Source: Patescibacteria group bacterium
Lineage (GTDB): Bacteria > Patescibacteriota > Doudnabacteria > UBA920
DNA: 48,395 nt
Direction of reading: 5' to 3'
Assembly: GCA_038065175.1 (NCBI GenBank)
Contig: JBBTRN010000022.1
Location: 1-48,395 of the forward strand
The position numbers were made by a program, and so were the translations under genes. Numbering within the stretch: the first letter of the stretch is position 1; each line of letters starts with the position of its first letter. Positions 30,521-39,157 of the stretch are shown here, piece after piece. A model generated the notes under the pieces. It was given only the letters and a program-made list of their open reading frames with translations, searched no databases and had not been told where the DNA came from.

Positions 30521-30980
30521 TTAGCCTTCTCCCTTTAGGGGAGAAGGTGGCCAACGGCCGGATGAGGGTATTAATAGTCTAACAAATTTTTCCTTAATTT
30601 CTCTAAAACTCCTTCTATATTTTTATCAACATCAATATTTTGAAATCTTAAAACTTTATAGCCTTGACCGATTGCATACTGCTGTTTATTTTCATCTTTG
30701 GTTTTTATTTCAGGTTCACTATGCTGACCGCCATCGAGTTCAACAATAATTTTCTTTTCATTACAACTAAAGTCATAGATATAATCCCCAATGACCATCT
30801 GTTTTTTAAATTTGAAACCATAAAATCTTCTGTTTCTCAATCTTTCCCACAGCTTTATTTCCCAAGGAGTTTCTTTTTTTCGTAAGCTCCTGGAAAGGTT
30901 GACAAAATTTTTATCAAGATTTCGCATAAGTCACCCTCATCCGCCCTTCGGGCACCTTCTCCCCGCCGGGAGAAGGCTAA
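30521..30980. mobile_element. DUF559 gene flanked by ~49-bp hairpin-containing terminal inverted repeats
   Basis: Left end: ttagccttctccctttaggggagaaggtggccaacggccggatgagggt. Reverse complement of the right end: ttagccttctcccggcggggagaaggtgcccgaagggcggatgagggt. The element exactly fills the gap between the stop of 30977..31339 and the tkt start region. Confidence 0.7.
30571..30927 (-). CDS. DUF559 (Vsr-like endonuclease fold) protein
   Basis: SRSLRKKETPWEIKLWERLRNRRFYGFKFKKQMVIGDYIYDFSC...IIVELDGGQH...VLRFQN matches the DUF559 pattern. Confidence 0.8.
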   Translation of the reverse strand: MRNLDKNFVNLSRSLRKKETPWEIKLWERLRNRRFYGFKFKKQMVIGDYIYDFSCNEKKIIVELDGGQHSEPEIKTKDENKQQYAIGQGYKVLRFQNIDVDKNIEGVLEKLRKNLLDY

Positions 30981-31339
30981 CTCCCCTGTTCTGCTGAAAT
31001 TGATTGCGCTTTTTTTTTAAAATGCCGCACTAAGCTTAAAACAATAAAAACTACTGCAATCCAAAAAAAAAAGTTCCAGATAAAGCTGTTGGGCAAATAA
31101 AAATAATCGGTAATTGGAAATTTAATTACCATCACGACTTCCCCTATACTAGGAGGGATATGAACTGAAAATGGAAATCCAAAATCTTTAGCATAATACG
31201 TTTGCGTAAAGACCGTATTCTGGCGAACTACATGACCACCAAAAAGAGAGCCAATCAGTAAGATTAAGTTTAATGTCATAGATATGACCACACTCCACCC
31301 CGCCAAATGTTTTTTTGTTTCTAAACTAAAAATTTTCAT
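30977..31339 (-). CDS. Hypothetical membrane protein (120 aa)
   Basis: Three hydrophobic segments. Its stop codon lies inside the right TIR of the DUF559 element. Confidence 0.45.
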   Translation of the reverse strand: MKIFSLETKKHLAGWSVVISMTLNLILLIGSLFGGHVVRQNTVFTQTYYAKDFGFPFSVHIPPSIGEVVMVIKFPITDYFYLPNSFIWNFFFWIAVVFIVLSLVRHFKKKAQSISAEQGS

Positions 31340-31370
31340 TTCGCAATAAATTTCTACAAATTTCTTAATA

Positions 31371-32009
31371 TCAAATAATTTCTGCTTTTAGCTTTTCATA
31401 AGTCTGGTTTATGTCAGCTGATTTCACCAGCGCAGATCCTACGCAAATTAAATCCGCACCCGCGTCTTTACAGCCTTTTATGTTGGTTTCATTCACGCCG
31501 CCATCTACTTCTATTATAGCATGCGGCAATAACTCTCTTAGTTGTTTGATTTTTTGAAGTGTTGACGGGATAAAAGCCTGCCCTTGCTTTCCCGGGACAA
31601 CGCTCATAACGAGATACTGGTCTGCTAAAACATCTTTTAATACATCTACCGGCGTATCGGGATTAATTGCCACTCCGGTCTTAAGACCCATAGATTTAAT
31701 GTTTGTAAGCGCTGATAATAATTCTTTTACTGATGGGAAAGCCTCGTAATGCAGGATCAAAGTCTTAAACCCGCAAATCTGGTAGTCTAAAAAGTCTTCA
31801 GGCGCTTTGACCATTAAATGCGCCTCCCAAGTAAAAGCCGGGTTTAGGGTATCCATATCTCCAGCCTCTAAAAGATGGTTCTCAATAAATATGCCGTCGC
31901 CAAAATCCACCTGGATCCTTTCGATTCCAGGAATTTTTGTAACCAAAGAAATCTTTTCCAAAAACCCTTCTTTGGTCTTTTCTAGAATGGCAGGTACAAT
32001 CATTGGCAT
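31371..32009 (-). CDS. rpe: Ribulose-phosphate 3-epimerase
   Basis: Similarity across the full length (212 aa). IQVDFGDG, HLMV, VDGGVN. Confidence 0.85.
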   Translation of the reverse strand: MPMIVPAILEKTKEGFLEKISLVTKIPGIERIQVDFGDGIFIENHLLEAGDMDTLNPAFTWEAHLMVKAPEDFLDYQICGFKTLILHYEAFPSVKELLSALTNIKSMGLKTGVAINPDTPVDVLKDVLADQYLVMSVVPGKQGQAFIPSTLQKIKQLRELLPHAIIEVDGGVNETNIKGCKDAGADLICVGSALVKSADINQTYEKLKAEII

Positions 32010-32036
32010 AGATAAACATTAAACAAAACTACAGTA

Positions 32037-32501
32037 CTACATAGTACTGGAGTTTTTTCCAACTTCAATTTTTGTTATCTTTTCTATCCTCCTCTTGTGC
32101 CTATCGCCTTCGAATTTTGTTTCCAACCATAAATCAACCGCCTGTTTGGCTTCGTCCTCCGATAAAAACCTTGCGCCCAAAGACAGTACATTTGAATCGT
32201 TATGTTGGCGGGATAATTTAACAATTTCTAAATTTCCCCCGTAATACACAGCCGCCCGTATGCCTTTTACTTTGTTAGCAACAAGCGCTTCACCCTGCCC
32301 GCTATAGCCTATTACAATACCTCGATTAGATGATCCAGCCGCGACTTTTTGCGCGCATGGATAAATAAAATCCGGATAATCGTCATCTTGATTAAAAACA
32401 GTTGCCCCGCAATCCTCTACTTCCAAGCCTTTTGATTTCAAATAATCAATAAGCTGATTTTTTAATTCAAACCCCGCGTGGTCGCTTGCGATAAATATCA
32501 T
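32037..32501 (-). CDS. rpiB: Ribose-5-phosphate isomerase B
   Basis: MIFIASDHAGFELK start (Met12 of the listed ORF), plus GIVIGYSGQGEALVANK. Confidence 0.85.
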   Translation of the reverse strand: MIFIASDHAGFELKNQLIDYLKSKGLEVEDCGATVFNQDDDYPDFIYPCAQKVAAGSSNRGIVIGYSGQGEALVANKVKGIRAAVYYGGNLEIVKLSRQHNDSNVLSLGARFLSEDEAKQAVDLWLETKFEGDRHKRRIEKITKIEVGKNSSTM

Positions 32502-32567
32502 AGTGGTCAGTGGAAAGTGGTCGGTGACTAGCAATCTTTCTGATCACTATTCACTACTCACTGTGCA

Positions 32568-33269
32568 CTAATAATTAATAATTTGATTAAAATGGCTGGC
32601 AATTAAACTCGCGCCCCCCACGAGCAACCCGTCCACATTCCTCTGGTCTAAAAAACTCTTAGCATTTGATGGGTTTACACTGCCCCCGTAAAGAATTTTT
32701 GATGCCTTAAATTTAGCCTTGATAAATATCGCGATTTTTTCGGAATGTTCTGGCGTTGCGATCTTTTTTGTGGCATAAGGGTCACCGGAAGAAATCGCCC
32801 ACACCGGCTCATAAGCAACCACGACTTTAGATGCATCAACATCCTTCAAATCGATATTCAGCTGATCACGCAAAACATCCGCCACTTCCAAATCGTCCTG
32901 TTCCACGGTGGTGCCAAAGCCTACGCATAAAATTGGCGTTATTTTATTTTCAATACACGCCTTCACTTTCGCATTCACCATCTCATCTGTATCACCCACT
33001 GCCCGCTTTTCGCTGTGACCAACAATACAATATTTAATTTTTAAATCCCTAAGTTGGGATGCGCTAGTTTGTCCCGTAAAAGCGCCTTTCGCTTCCCAAA
33101 AGCAATCCTGGGCGCCTAAGCTAGAATAATCTATTTGCGATAAATAGATAGTCGGTGGGCACAAAATCACGACATTCTTTTCAGTATGTCCGATGGATGA
33201 CGCGAGCTTTTGTGCGTCTTTCAGGCTTGTAGGATTAAGTTTCCAATTTGCGATTATCAATTTTTTCAT
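32568..33269 (-). CDS. tpiA: Triosephosphate isomerase
   Basis: IIANWKLN, CIVGHSEKR, YEPVWAI, YGGSV. Confidence 0.92.
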   Translation of the reverse strand: MKKLIIANWKLNPTSLKDAQKLASSIGHTEKNVVILCPPTIYLSQIDYSSLGAQDCFWEAKGAFTGQTSASQLRDLKIKYCIVGHSEKRAVGDTDEMVNAKVKACIENKITPILCVGFGTTVEQDDLEVADVLRDQLNIDLKDVDASKVVVAYEPVWAISSGDPYATKKIATPEHSEKIAIFIKAKFKASKILYGGSVNPSNAKSFLDQRNVDGLLVGGASLIASHFNQIINY

Positions 33270-33327
33270 AAAAAAATCGAATCAACGAATCCGGACGAAT
33301 CTGCGAATGACTACGAATATACGAATT

Positions 33328-33732
33328 CTAATTTTTACGCAATATTCGATGTGGTAAGGCAGACCGTGCCCAAAAGTTTACTAATAAACCTAAATCAAGA
33401 TTAAGAATCTGTAAATATCTCTGAACTTGCGTATAGTCATCCTGGCTTAAAAATGGCTTTGCTTTAATCTCAACAAGAATTTTATCATAAACAATTAAAT
33501 CAATCCGGTTACCTGTATTACCTGCCACCAATTCTCTTCTGCATGGAATAGTTAGTTCTCCAAACCTTACCACCATTATATCACCATATTGTTTTTCTTT
33601 AGCAAAGCGGCCTAATCTCTTTTGCGCGTAGAAACAAACTCCTGCAATCTGAAAGGATTCATCTGCATCAGGACTTACGCACCGCCGCTTTTTAGTCAGG
33701 CCAAGCCTGACTTGCAAAGCGGCTCTGGCCAA
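33328..33732 (-). CDS. GxxExxY-family (PD-(D/E)XK-like) protein; the only in-frame start lies inside a repeat
   Basis: FQIAGVCFYAQKRLGRFAKEKQY...RIDLIVYDKILVEIKAKPFL...GLLVNF. The first ~24 codons come from the nested repeat at 33671-33830. Confidence 0.6.
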   Translation of the reverse strand: MARAALQVRLGLTKKRRCVSPDADESFQIAGVCFYAQKRLGRFAKEKQYGDIMVVRFGELTIPCRRELVAGNTGNRIDLIVYDKILVEIKAKPFLSQDDYTQVQRYLQILNLDLGLLVNFWARSALPHRILRKN

Positions 33733-33830
33733 CTTCTTCGTTATTTTCCTGCGGTTTTTGTCGTCGTAGTCTGACTACGCCTCCAAAAATCCTCGGAAAA
33801 TGCCTCGAATTTGGCTCAGTGCGTAAGTCC
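33671..33830. repeat. GGACTTACG-TIR structured element, copy 2 (inverted relative to copies 1 and 3)
   Basis: Termini ggacttacgca / tgcgtaagtcc. The core aligns with copies 1 and 3 after reverse complementation. Confidence 0.8.
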
Positions 33831-33916
33831 TGTGCATATAAAACCTTCTCTTTATCGACTTTATAATTCGTCATATTCGCAGCCATTCGCAGATTCGTTC
33901 CATTCGCAGATTCGAT

Positions 33917-34990
33917 TTACTCTTCCCCTCTCAAAAACTTCGCGCTCACCTCGGGCAAAATCGGGTTCACCGGAATGCCGGTGGCGTATTCAAAACCTGC
34001 CCAAATGGTTATGCGCGGAAAAATGGTTAAATGCCAGCGGTAGACGCGCGGATCATAAGTTTTACTTTCCCTTAAAAGCGGCATAGTGTGAATATAAAAA
34101 TTCAAAGGCGGGTCGCTTAATTTTGTATAAAGTTGCCCGAGCATAACTTTTAACACGAACGATAAATGGTGAATTTCCTCCTCCGTGGCTTCCTCAAACC
34201 TCGCGCACTGCCTTTTGGGCAAAATCCAGGTTTCAAAAGGCTTCCTCGACGCGTAAGCGCTCAAAACCACAAAATGCTCATCCTCATAGACTATCCTTGT
34301 TTTTACATCCCGCTCTTCTTTTATTATATCACCATATATGTCAGATTGGTGGGATTGGTAATAATGTTGGCATCCCATAATTTCGGCGTGGATATGCGGA
34401 GGCACTATGGGAGTGGCGAGCAGTTGGTAATGGGGATGGATTATGCTGGCTCCTGCATCCCGCCCGTGGTTATGGAAAATCTGCACGTACGCCGTTTCCG
34501 GATGCTTAGAAAGCTCATTAATGCGCTGGATAAAACACCTTAAAGACAATTCAACGGTGGCAATCGACTGCAAAGCCACGGGTTCGTTATGCTTGCGCGT
34601 GATAATTACTTCGTGGTCGCCTGCGCCGGGAGAAGAAATATAAAATTCTTTATGGCGGTGCAAAGCCGTATGCTCCAGGGAAGGGAACTTATTGGGGATT
34701 ACCCTAAGCTCCCAATCTTTATTTTGTAAACCCTTTTGCAGTTCCGGGACAAAAGCCTGTTTACCCAAATGCTTTTGGTGGTTGTCCGCCATTCGGGCTA
34801 AAATATCCGAAGTATAACGGCCAATCTCCGGATTTAGATGTTCGTTGCCAACGCAAAAAACGCAATTTTTATCTTCTTCAGGCACACCGTGCATGACAGA
34901 ATAAGTTTTGTATTCATCCGGCCTTTTGCCCCTGGCCGGCGCCATAAGCACCCAGGCTTTGGTTATTGGATTTTGTCGGAATTCAGACAT
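33917..34990 (-). CDS. galT: Galactose-1-phosphate uridylyltransferase (HIT superfamily)
   Basis: CVFCVGNEH zinc motif and the HPHYQL (HxHxQ) active site. Confidence 0.85.
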   Translation of the reverse strand: MSEFRQNPITKAWVLMAPARGKRPDEYKTYSVMHGVPEEDKNCVFCVGNEHLNPEIGRYTSDILARMADNHQKHLGKQAFVPELQKGLQNKDWELRVIPNKFPSLEHTALHRHKEFYISSPGAGDHEVIITRKHNEPVALQSIATVELSLRCFIQRINELSKHPETAYVQIFHNHGRDAGASIIHPHYQLLATPIVPPHIHAEIMGCQHYYQSHQSDIYGDIIKEERDVKTRIVYEDEHFVVLSAYASRKPFETWILPKRQCARFEEATEEEIHHLSFVLKVMLGQLYTKLSDPPLNFYIHTMPLLRESKTYDPRVYRWHLTIFPRITIWAGFEYATGIPVNPILPEVSAKFLRGEE

Positions 34991-35136
34991 TTTATTATAT
35001 AGAATGGAGTCCCTCCTAAGCTTTAGCGAAGGATGGGTCGAAACTCTGACATAAATATTTTATAGAGTGGAGATCCGCCGTAGCTTTCCTGTCCGCCGAA
35101 GCTTCAGCGAAGGAGGAAGCGAAGGCTGGACGGAAT

Positions 35137-36006
35137 TCACTCATACCGATCCGAATGACCCGAATCATTATCCGAATTATCCGAATTTCCACTTCGGGTC
35201 ATTCGGGTATAATTCGTAGATTTGGGTCGGTTTAAATAATTTTGCAAAATTATCTGCGCGGCTAAACTGTCTTTATTTTTATCTCCGCCCGGCAAATTCT
35301 TGGTCATTGCTGATGATAATCTTTCATCCATAACCTCAACTTTCAAACCCGTTTTACTTTCCACTTGCACCTTGAACCTTGCAACTTCTTTTGTCTTCTC
35401 TGTTTCTTCTCCGCTCATATTCAAAGGCCAGCCAAGAACAATGGTGGTAATCTGATGCTGGCCGATGATTGATGGTATTTGTTTCCAAAATTCTTTGGGA
35501 GATAAAATAGTTAGCTCTCTAGCCAAAACCTGCGATTCATCGGAAATTGCCAAGCCGATCCGTTTTTCTCCATAGTCGATTCCTAATGCCCGACCCGAAT
35601 TACCCGAATTTGAATCCGAATTACCCGAATTAAAAGCGCTATTTAATACTCTTTTTGGTTTTAAATGGGAATCGCGAAAATTTACAATCATACCCAACTC
35701 AAGATTAGCTCCAAATAAATACCTTAGCATCTGATAATAATCTTCTTTGGTGATATAATTTTTGGCTTTAAAATCAACTAATATCTTTTGAGCTATATAA
35801 AAATCGACTTTATTCCCTGCTGGTGATTTGGGATTTAGTTGGACGATATTATATTCCCTTTTATAATTCACTTTCTCGAACTTTAATAAATCTTCAAATT
35901 CATCACAATATTGCCTCTCTCTACAAAATCGCCCCAACTTTCTTTGCACACGAAAACACAAACCTGTAATTTGATAAGATAAATCTTTTTCTATAATTCG
36001 GGACAT
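35137..36006 (-). CDS. ruvX: In-frame fusion: GxxExxY PD-(D/E)XK-like domain + RuvX/YqgF resolvase-like nuclease + repeat-encoded tail
   Basis: N-terminal part: MSRIIEKDLSYQITGLCFRVQRKLGRFCRERQY...VDFYIAQKILVDFKAKN...GMIVNF. Linker NSGNSDSNSGNSG is encoded by CCGAAT repeats. The RuvX core is RALGIDYGEKRIGLAISD...IVLGWPLNMSG. The tail is NYTRMTRSGNSDNSDNDSGHSDRYE. No canonical start codon precedes the RuvX core. Confidence 0.65.
   Translation of the reverse strand: MSRIIEKDLSYQITGLCFRVQRKLGRFCRERQYCDEFEDLLKFEKVNYKREYNIVQLNPKSPAGNKVDFYIAQKILVDFKAKNYITKEDYYQMLRYLFGANLELGMIVNFRDSHLKPKRVLNSAFNSGNSDSNSGNSGRALGIDYGEKRIGLAISDESQVLARELTILSPKEFWKQIPSIIGQHQITTIVLGWPLNMSGEETEKTKEVARFKVQVESKTGLKVEVMDERLSSAMTKNLPGGDKNKDSLAAQIILQNYLNRPKSTNYTRMTRSGNSDNSDNDSGHSDRYE
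35146..35230. repeat. Cargo-less CCGAAT/ATTCGG short-repeat hairpin at the 3' end of ruvX
   Basis: ccgatccgaatgacccgaatcattatccgaattatccgaatttcc / cttcgggtcattcgggtataattcgtagatttgggtcgg. Confidence 0.65.
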
Positions 36007-36037
36007 TCGGATAAAATTCGTAGATTCGGGTCGGTTA

Positions 36038-37285
36038 TCACTTGGCTTCGCCAAGTACAACCCTCACTGCCTTTTCCTTGCCTTTGGAATACACCCGCAA
36101 AGCAATTGTTTCTCCGACATCTTTATTTTTTAACTGCCCGGCAAATGTCACATTCTTGTCCAATTTCACCCCATCGATTTCTAAAATAATATCGTTTTCC
36201 AGCAAACCAGCTTTATCTGCCGGACTTCCCGGGATAACCGCAAAATCCACCGCGGAGTCTCCCCGAACCAATAAAGCCCCGAAATCCTTTGGTAATGCTT
36301 CGGTTTCCGCCAAAGCTTTAGTTATCATTATATAACGGACACCAATAAACGGCCGAATAATTTTGCCCAGCTTGCGAAAACTATCCAAAGCTTTTTGCGC
36401 GTCATTTGAAGGGATAGCAAAACCCACCGCTTGCCCATTGAGGTCCACGGCCGTGTTAATTCCAACCACCTGGCCGGCGGTATTTAAAAGCGGGCCCCCG
36501 GAATTTCCCGGGTTAATTGCCGCGTCAGTTTGGATTACCCCCTCGAGCGATTCAAAACCCCCGGCTCCTCCGGCGGTAATGCTCCGGCCAATCCCCGAAA
36601 CCACTCCCGTAGTCACGGTATTTTGGTACTGGCCTAAAGAATTGCCAATGGCCACCACCTGCTGCCCGATTTGGATTAAGCTGGAATCCGACAATTCTAA
36701 AAATTTAGCCCCGGTTATTTCAATCTTCATTATTGCCAAATCATTCCCCGGATCAGCCGCGACAACCTTGCCTTCATGCTCCTTCCCGTCATTGGTTATT
36801 ACCGTGTAACTGGCCGCGGAATCCGAAACCACATGCTTGTTAGTCAAAATCAACCCATCTGCGGAAACAAAAAATCCGCTTCCCGCGCCAACCCTCTGGA
36901 CATTCGGCTGGTTAGCTTCCGGCAAATCAAAAAATGGGAAAAAGGGGTTAAACTGGAGAAGCCTGTTTAAATCTTTAGTAATAATAATAGAAACAACCGC
37001 GGGACTGGCCTTGTTTACCACTCCAATAACCGCGGATTCTTCCGACAAAATAATACTCTGGTTTACGGCCTCTGGCTCATTCTGTGTTAAGCCCAAATAT
37101 TTTTGCAAAAACGGGTTCTTCAAAACATAAATCCCGCCAAAAACCCCCCCGACTATCCCGAAAACCAAAGCTAAAATAATTATCAAAACCACTGACTTCA
37201 CGCCCGCGGTTTTAGTATGGTCATATAAGCCTTGTGTTAAAGATTCGGTTTTTATTTCTTTTAATTCAGGCATATTTTTCAGCAT
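36038..37285 (-). CDS. HtrA/DegP-family serine protease with a PDZ domain
   Basis: N-terminal TM helix, TNKHVV (His), DLAIMKI (Asp), GNSGGPL (Ser), and a C-terminal PDZ-like GSPADKAGLLENDIILEIDG. Confidence 0.88.
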   Translation of the reverse strand: MLKNMPELKEIKTESLTQGLYDHTKTAGVKSVVLIIILALVFGIVGGVFGGIYVLKNPFLQKYLGLTQNEPEAVNQSIILSEESAVIGVVNKASPAVVSIIITKDLNRLLQFNPFFPFFDLPEANQPNVQRVGAGSGFFVSADGLILTNKHVVSDSAASYTVITNDGKEHEGKVVAADPGNDLAIMKIEITGAKFLELSDSSLIQIGQQVVAIGNSLGQYQNTVTTGVVSGIGRSITAGGAGGFESLEGVIQTDAAINPGNSGGPLLNTAGQVVGINTAVDLNGQAVGFAIPSNDAQKALDSFRKLGKIIRPFIGVRYIMITKALAETEALPKDFGALLVRGDSAVDFAVIPGSPADKAGLLENDIILEIDGVKLDKNVTFAGQLKNKDVGETIALRVYSKGKEKAVRVVLGEAK

Positions 37286-37375
37286 AATATATTTATTATA
37301 GCAATAAAATTCAGTATTTCAAAATCATTAGGCATCATTGTAAAACAATGATGCCTAATGAAAAAATATATATTT

Positions 37376-39061
37376 TTATGGATTCTCTAGGGACACCGGG
37401 TCATTTGGCAATACCGTACAGCCCCTTGGGTATTTGGCACATTCCTGCTCCAGCAAATCTTCTTGCGTCGGTGGAAGAGGCGGCTGTTGGTACACGCTCG
37501 CGTCAATCGGCAATACCGGAGCGAGCTGCGCCGCGGCTAAACAAGTTTTTTGTTCTTTGAACACTCCCAAGGCTCCATTTTGGGGAACAGCCCCGCGGAA
37601 CACAAATTTATTTATTAGAGTCTGGGTAAGCTGGGAGACAAAACCGCTAATAAAACTTTTGGAATTGCTGATCCCCAAATTCATTAACGCGTTCAAGCTT
37701 GCCCTGGAAGCGCCGATAATATTATTAACCGAAATCGCGATAGCGCTATTGACCGTATCTCTCGGTGTTTTAAGCCCCGGGCTGGTTAATTCCCTTTCAG
37801 CGGCTTTTTCCGCTTCAGACTTGGCAATTTGCGCCTGGCCTTCGTAAAACTGCTCCCATCCAAAGGGGCTCGACAAATAATCGCCCACCCGGGCCAATTT
37901 AGAATAATATTCCGGATCCGAAGGGCTCAAACTTTTTACATCAAAACCTAAATACTCCTGAGCCTTTGCCTGGAAAACAGGCCTTAGGTTCCCAATATTT
38001 CCTCCACAATTAAATTGCGGGATAAACCGCTTGATTATTTGACGGTCAAACTGGCTGCTCACATATTTCTCCAAATAGTCATCCGTATATTGCCCGGCAA
38101 CAAGCGCGTCTGTGTAGTATAAAAAATTTGCGATTAAATAATTTCCTTCAATTTTCGCAATAAACTTATTAAGCATCGCGCCCATAAACTGCGAAAAGGC
38201 GGTAACCAAACCCTCTTCCAAAGCTTCTTTAATTATTCTCGGTATGTCGCCGACGGTTATGGTAACCTCGCCAATCCCCAAAAAAGCGTGAGCTTGTTTA
38301 ATAATGCGGGTTTCGGAATCATCCCCTGAAAAAGCATAGATGGGATAAATCTCCGCCCTTGCTATTTGATATTTTTCTGCCAATCTCCCCACCTCCTGGC
38401 CTGCGATTTTAAACTGCTCATTTATAACGGAATATTCATTGTATAACCTAGGCCAAGGTTGGGTACTTTGGTTTTCGGCATATTCCAAAGAACCTGCAAT
38501 TAGTTCGCCATATGACGCAAAAGCCTTAGCTGTTGCCTCCTGTAATTTGCGGACATCGCTGGGCGCTGCCAGGCTTAACACCTCTTCCAAAGTTTTTTCC
38601 TGCTGGTTTCTTAACCGATTTAGGCTGTTTACATCTTCCGTAAATAAGGCCGAGTTATCTACTTTAACCATAGTGTTAAAATTCAAAGCGCTGCCCGTAA
38701 GCCTAGCTAAATAATCCACCACGGCTTGCTGCCCGGAATCAGTAGACCGCGCGAAACGCGACGCGTCTATTGGCGCTTCTATTACAGGGTTATTCACGCC
38801 CAACTCCGTTTCCACTTCATTTCTAATTTCCTGCTCGGTTAAAATCTCTTCAAACAGCGCCTTGCTGGCCTGGGTATCGATTTTTAGGCTGTCCAAATAC
38901 TCCAAATATTTTTGCGCGTCAACCCCGCTTTGGCCGGAACCGATGGACGAAGGCTTTTCCCGGAATAAAAAATCCGGCTTGCTGGTTAAAGTAATTATAG
39001 ACAAAATTAAAACCAGCACCCCGGCTCCCAATAGTGTTTGTTTTTGTTCGGCATCTAACAT
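37376..39061 (-). CDS. Hypothetical secreted/anchored protein (561 aa)
   Basis: N-terminal TM helix LLGAGVLVLILSIITL. No recognisable domain. Confidence 0.55.
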   Translation of the reverse strand: MLDAEQKQTLLGAGVLVLILSIITLTSKPDFLFREKPSSIGSGQSGVDAQKYLEYLDSLKIDTQASKALFEEILTEQEIRNEVETELGVNNPVIEAPIDASRFARSTDSGQQAVVDYLARLTGSALNFNTMVKVDNSALFTEDVNSLNRLRNQQEKTLEEVLSLAAPSDVRKLQEATAKAFASYGELIAGSLEYAENQSTQPWPRLYNEYSVINEQFKIAGQEVGRLAEKYQIARAEIYPIYAFSGDDSETRIIKQAHAFLGIGEVTITVGDIPRIIKEALEEGLVTAFSQFMGAMLNKFIAKIEGNYLIANFLYYTDALVAGQYTDDYLEKYVSSQFDRQIIKRFIPQFNCGGNIGNLRPVFQAKAQEYLGFDVKSLSPSDPEYYSKLARVGDYLSSPFGWEQFYEGQAQIAKSEAEKAAERELTSPGLKTPRDTVNSAIAISVNNIIGASRASLNALMNLGISNSKSFISGFVSQLTQTLINKFVFRGAVPQNGALGVFKEQKTCLAAAQLAPVLPIDASVYQQPPLPPTQEDLLEQECAKYPRGCTVLPNDPVSLENP

Positions 39062-39157
39062 AATAGGCTGATTCCTTAAAACACACGGATTTTACTGATC
39101 ACACTGTGTTTTCTTACCAAAAACATTAAACCTGCAACATTCCTGTCAATTTTGTGA

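Larger units (their letters stand above)
33276..33916. mobile_element. GxxExxY-gene element bounded by inverted CGAAT/ATTCG short-repeat arms, with a nested GGACTTACG element
   Basis: Left arm 33276-33327 (tcgaatcaacgaatccggacgaatctgcgaatgactacgaatatacgaattc). Right arm 33866-33916 (aattcgtcatattcgcagccattcgcagattcgttccattcgcagattcga). It fills the whole tpiA-galT intergenic space. Confidence 0.6.

Noticed and set aside
33692-33886. 64-aa minus-strand ORF (…RLRRQKPQENNEEVGQ…).
   Set aside because: Same reasoning: it is a translation artefact of repeat copy 2. Copy 3 has stops in the equivalent frame.
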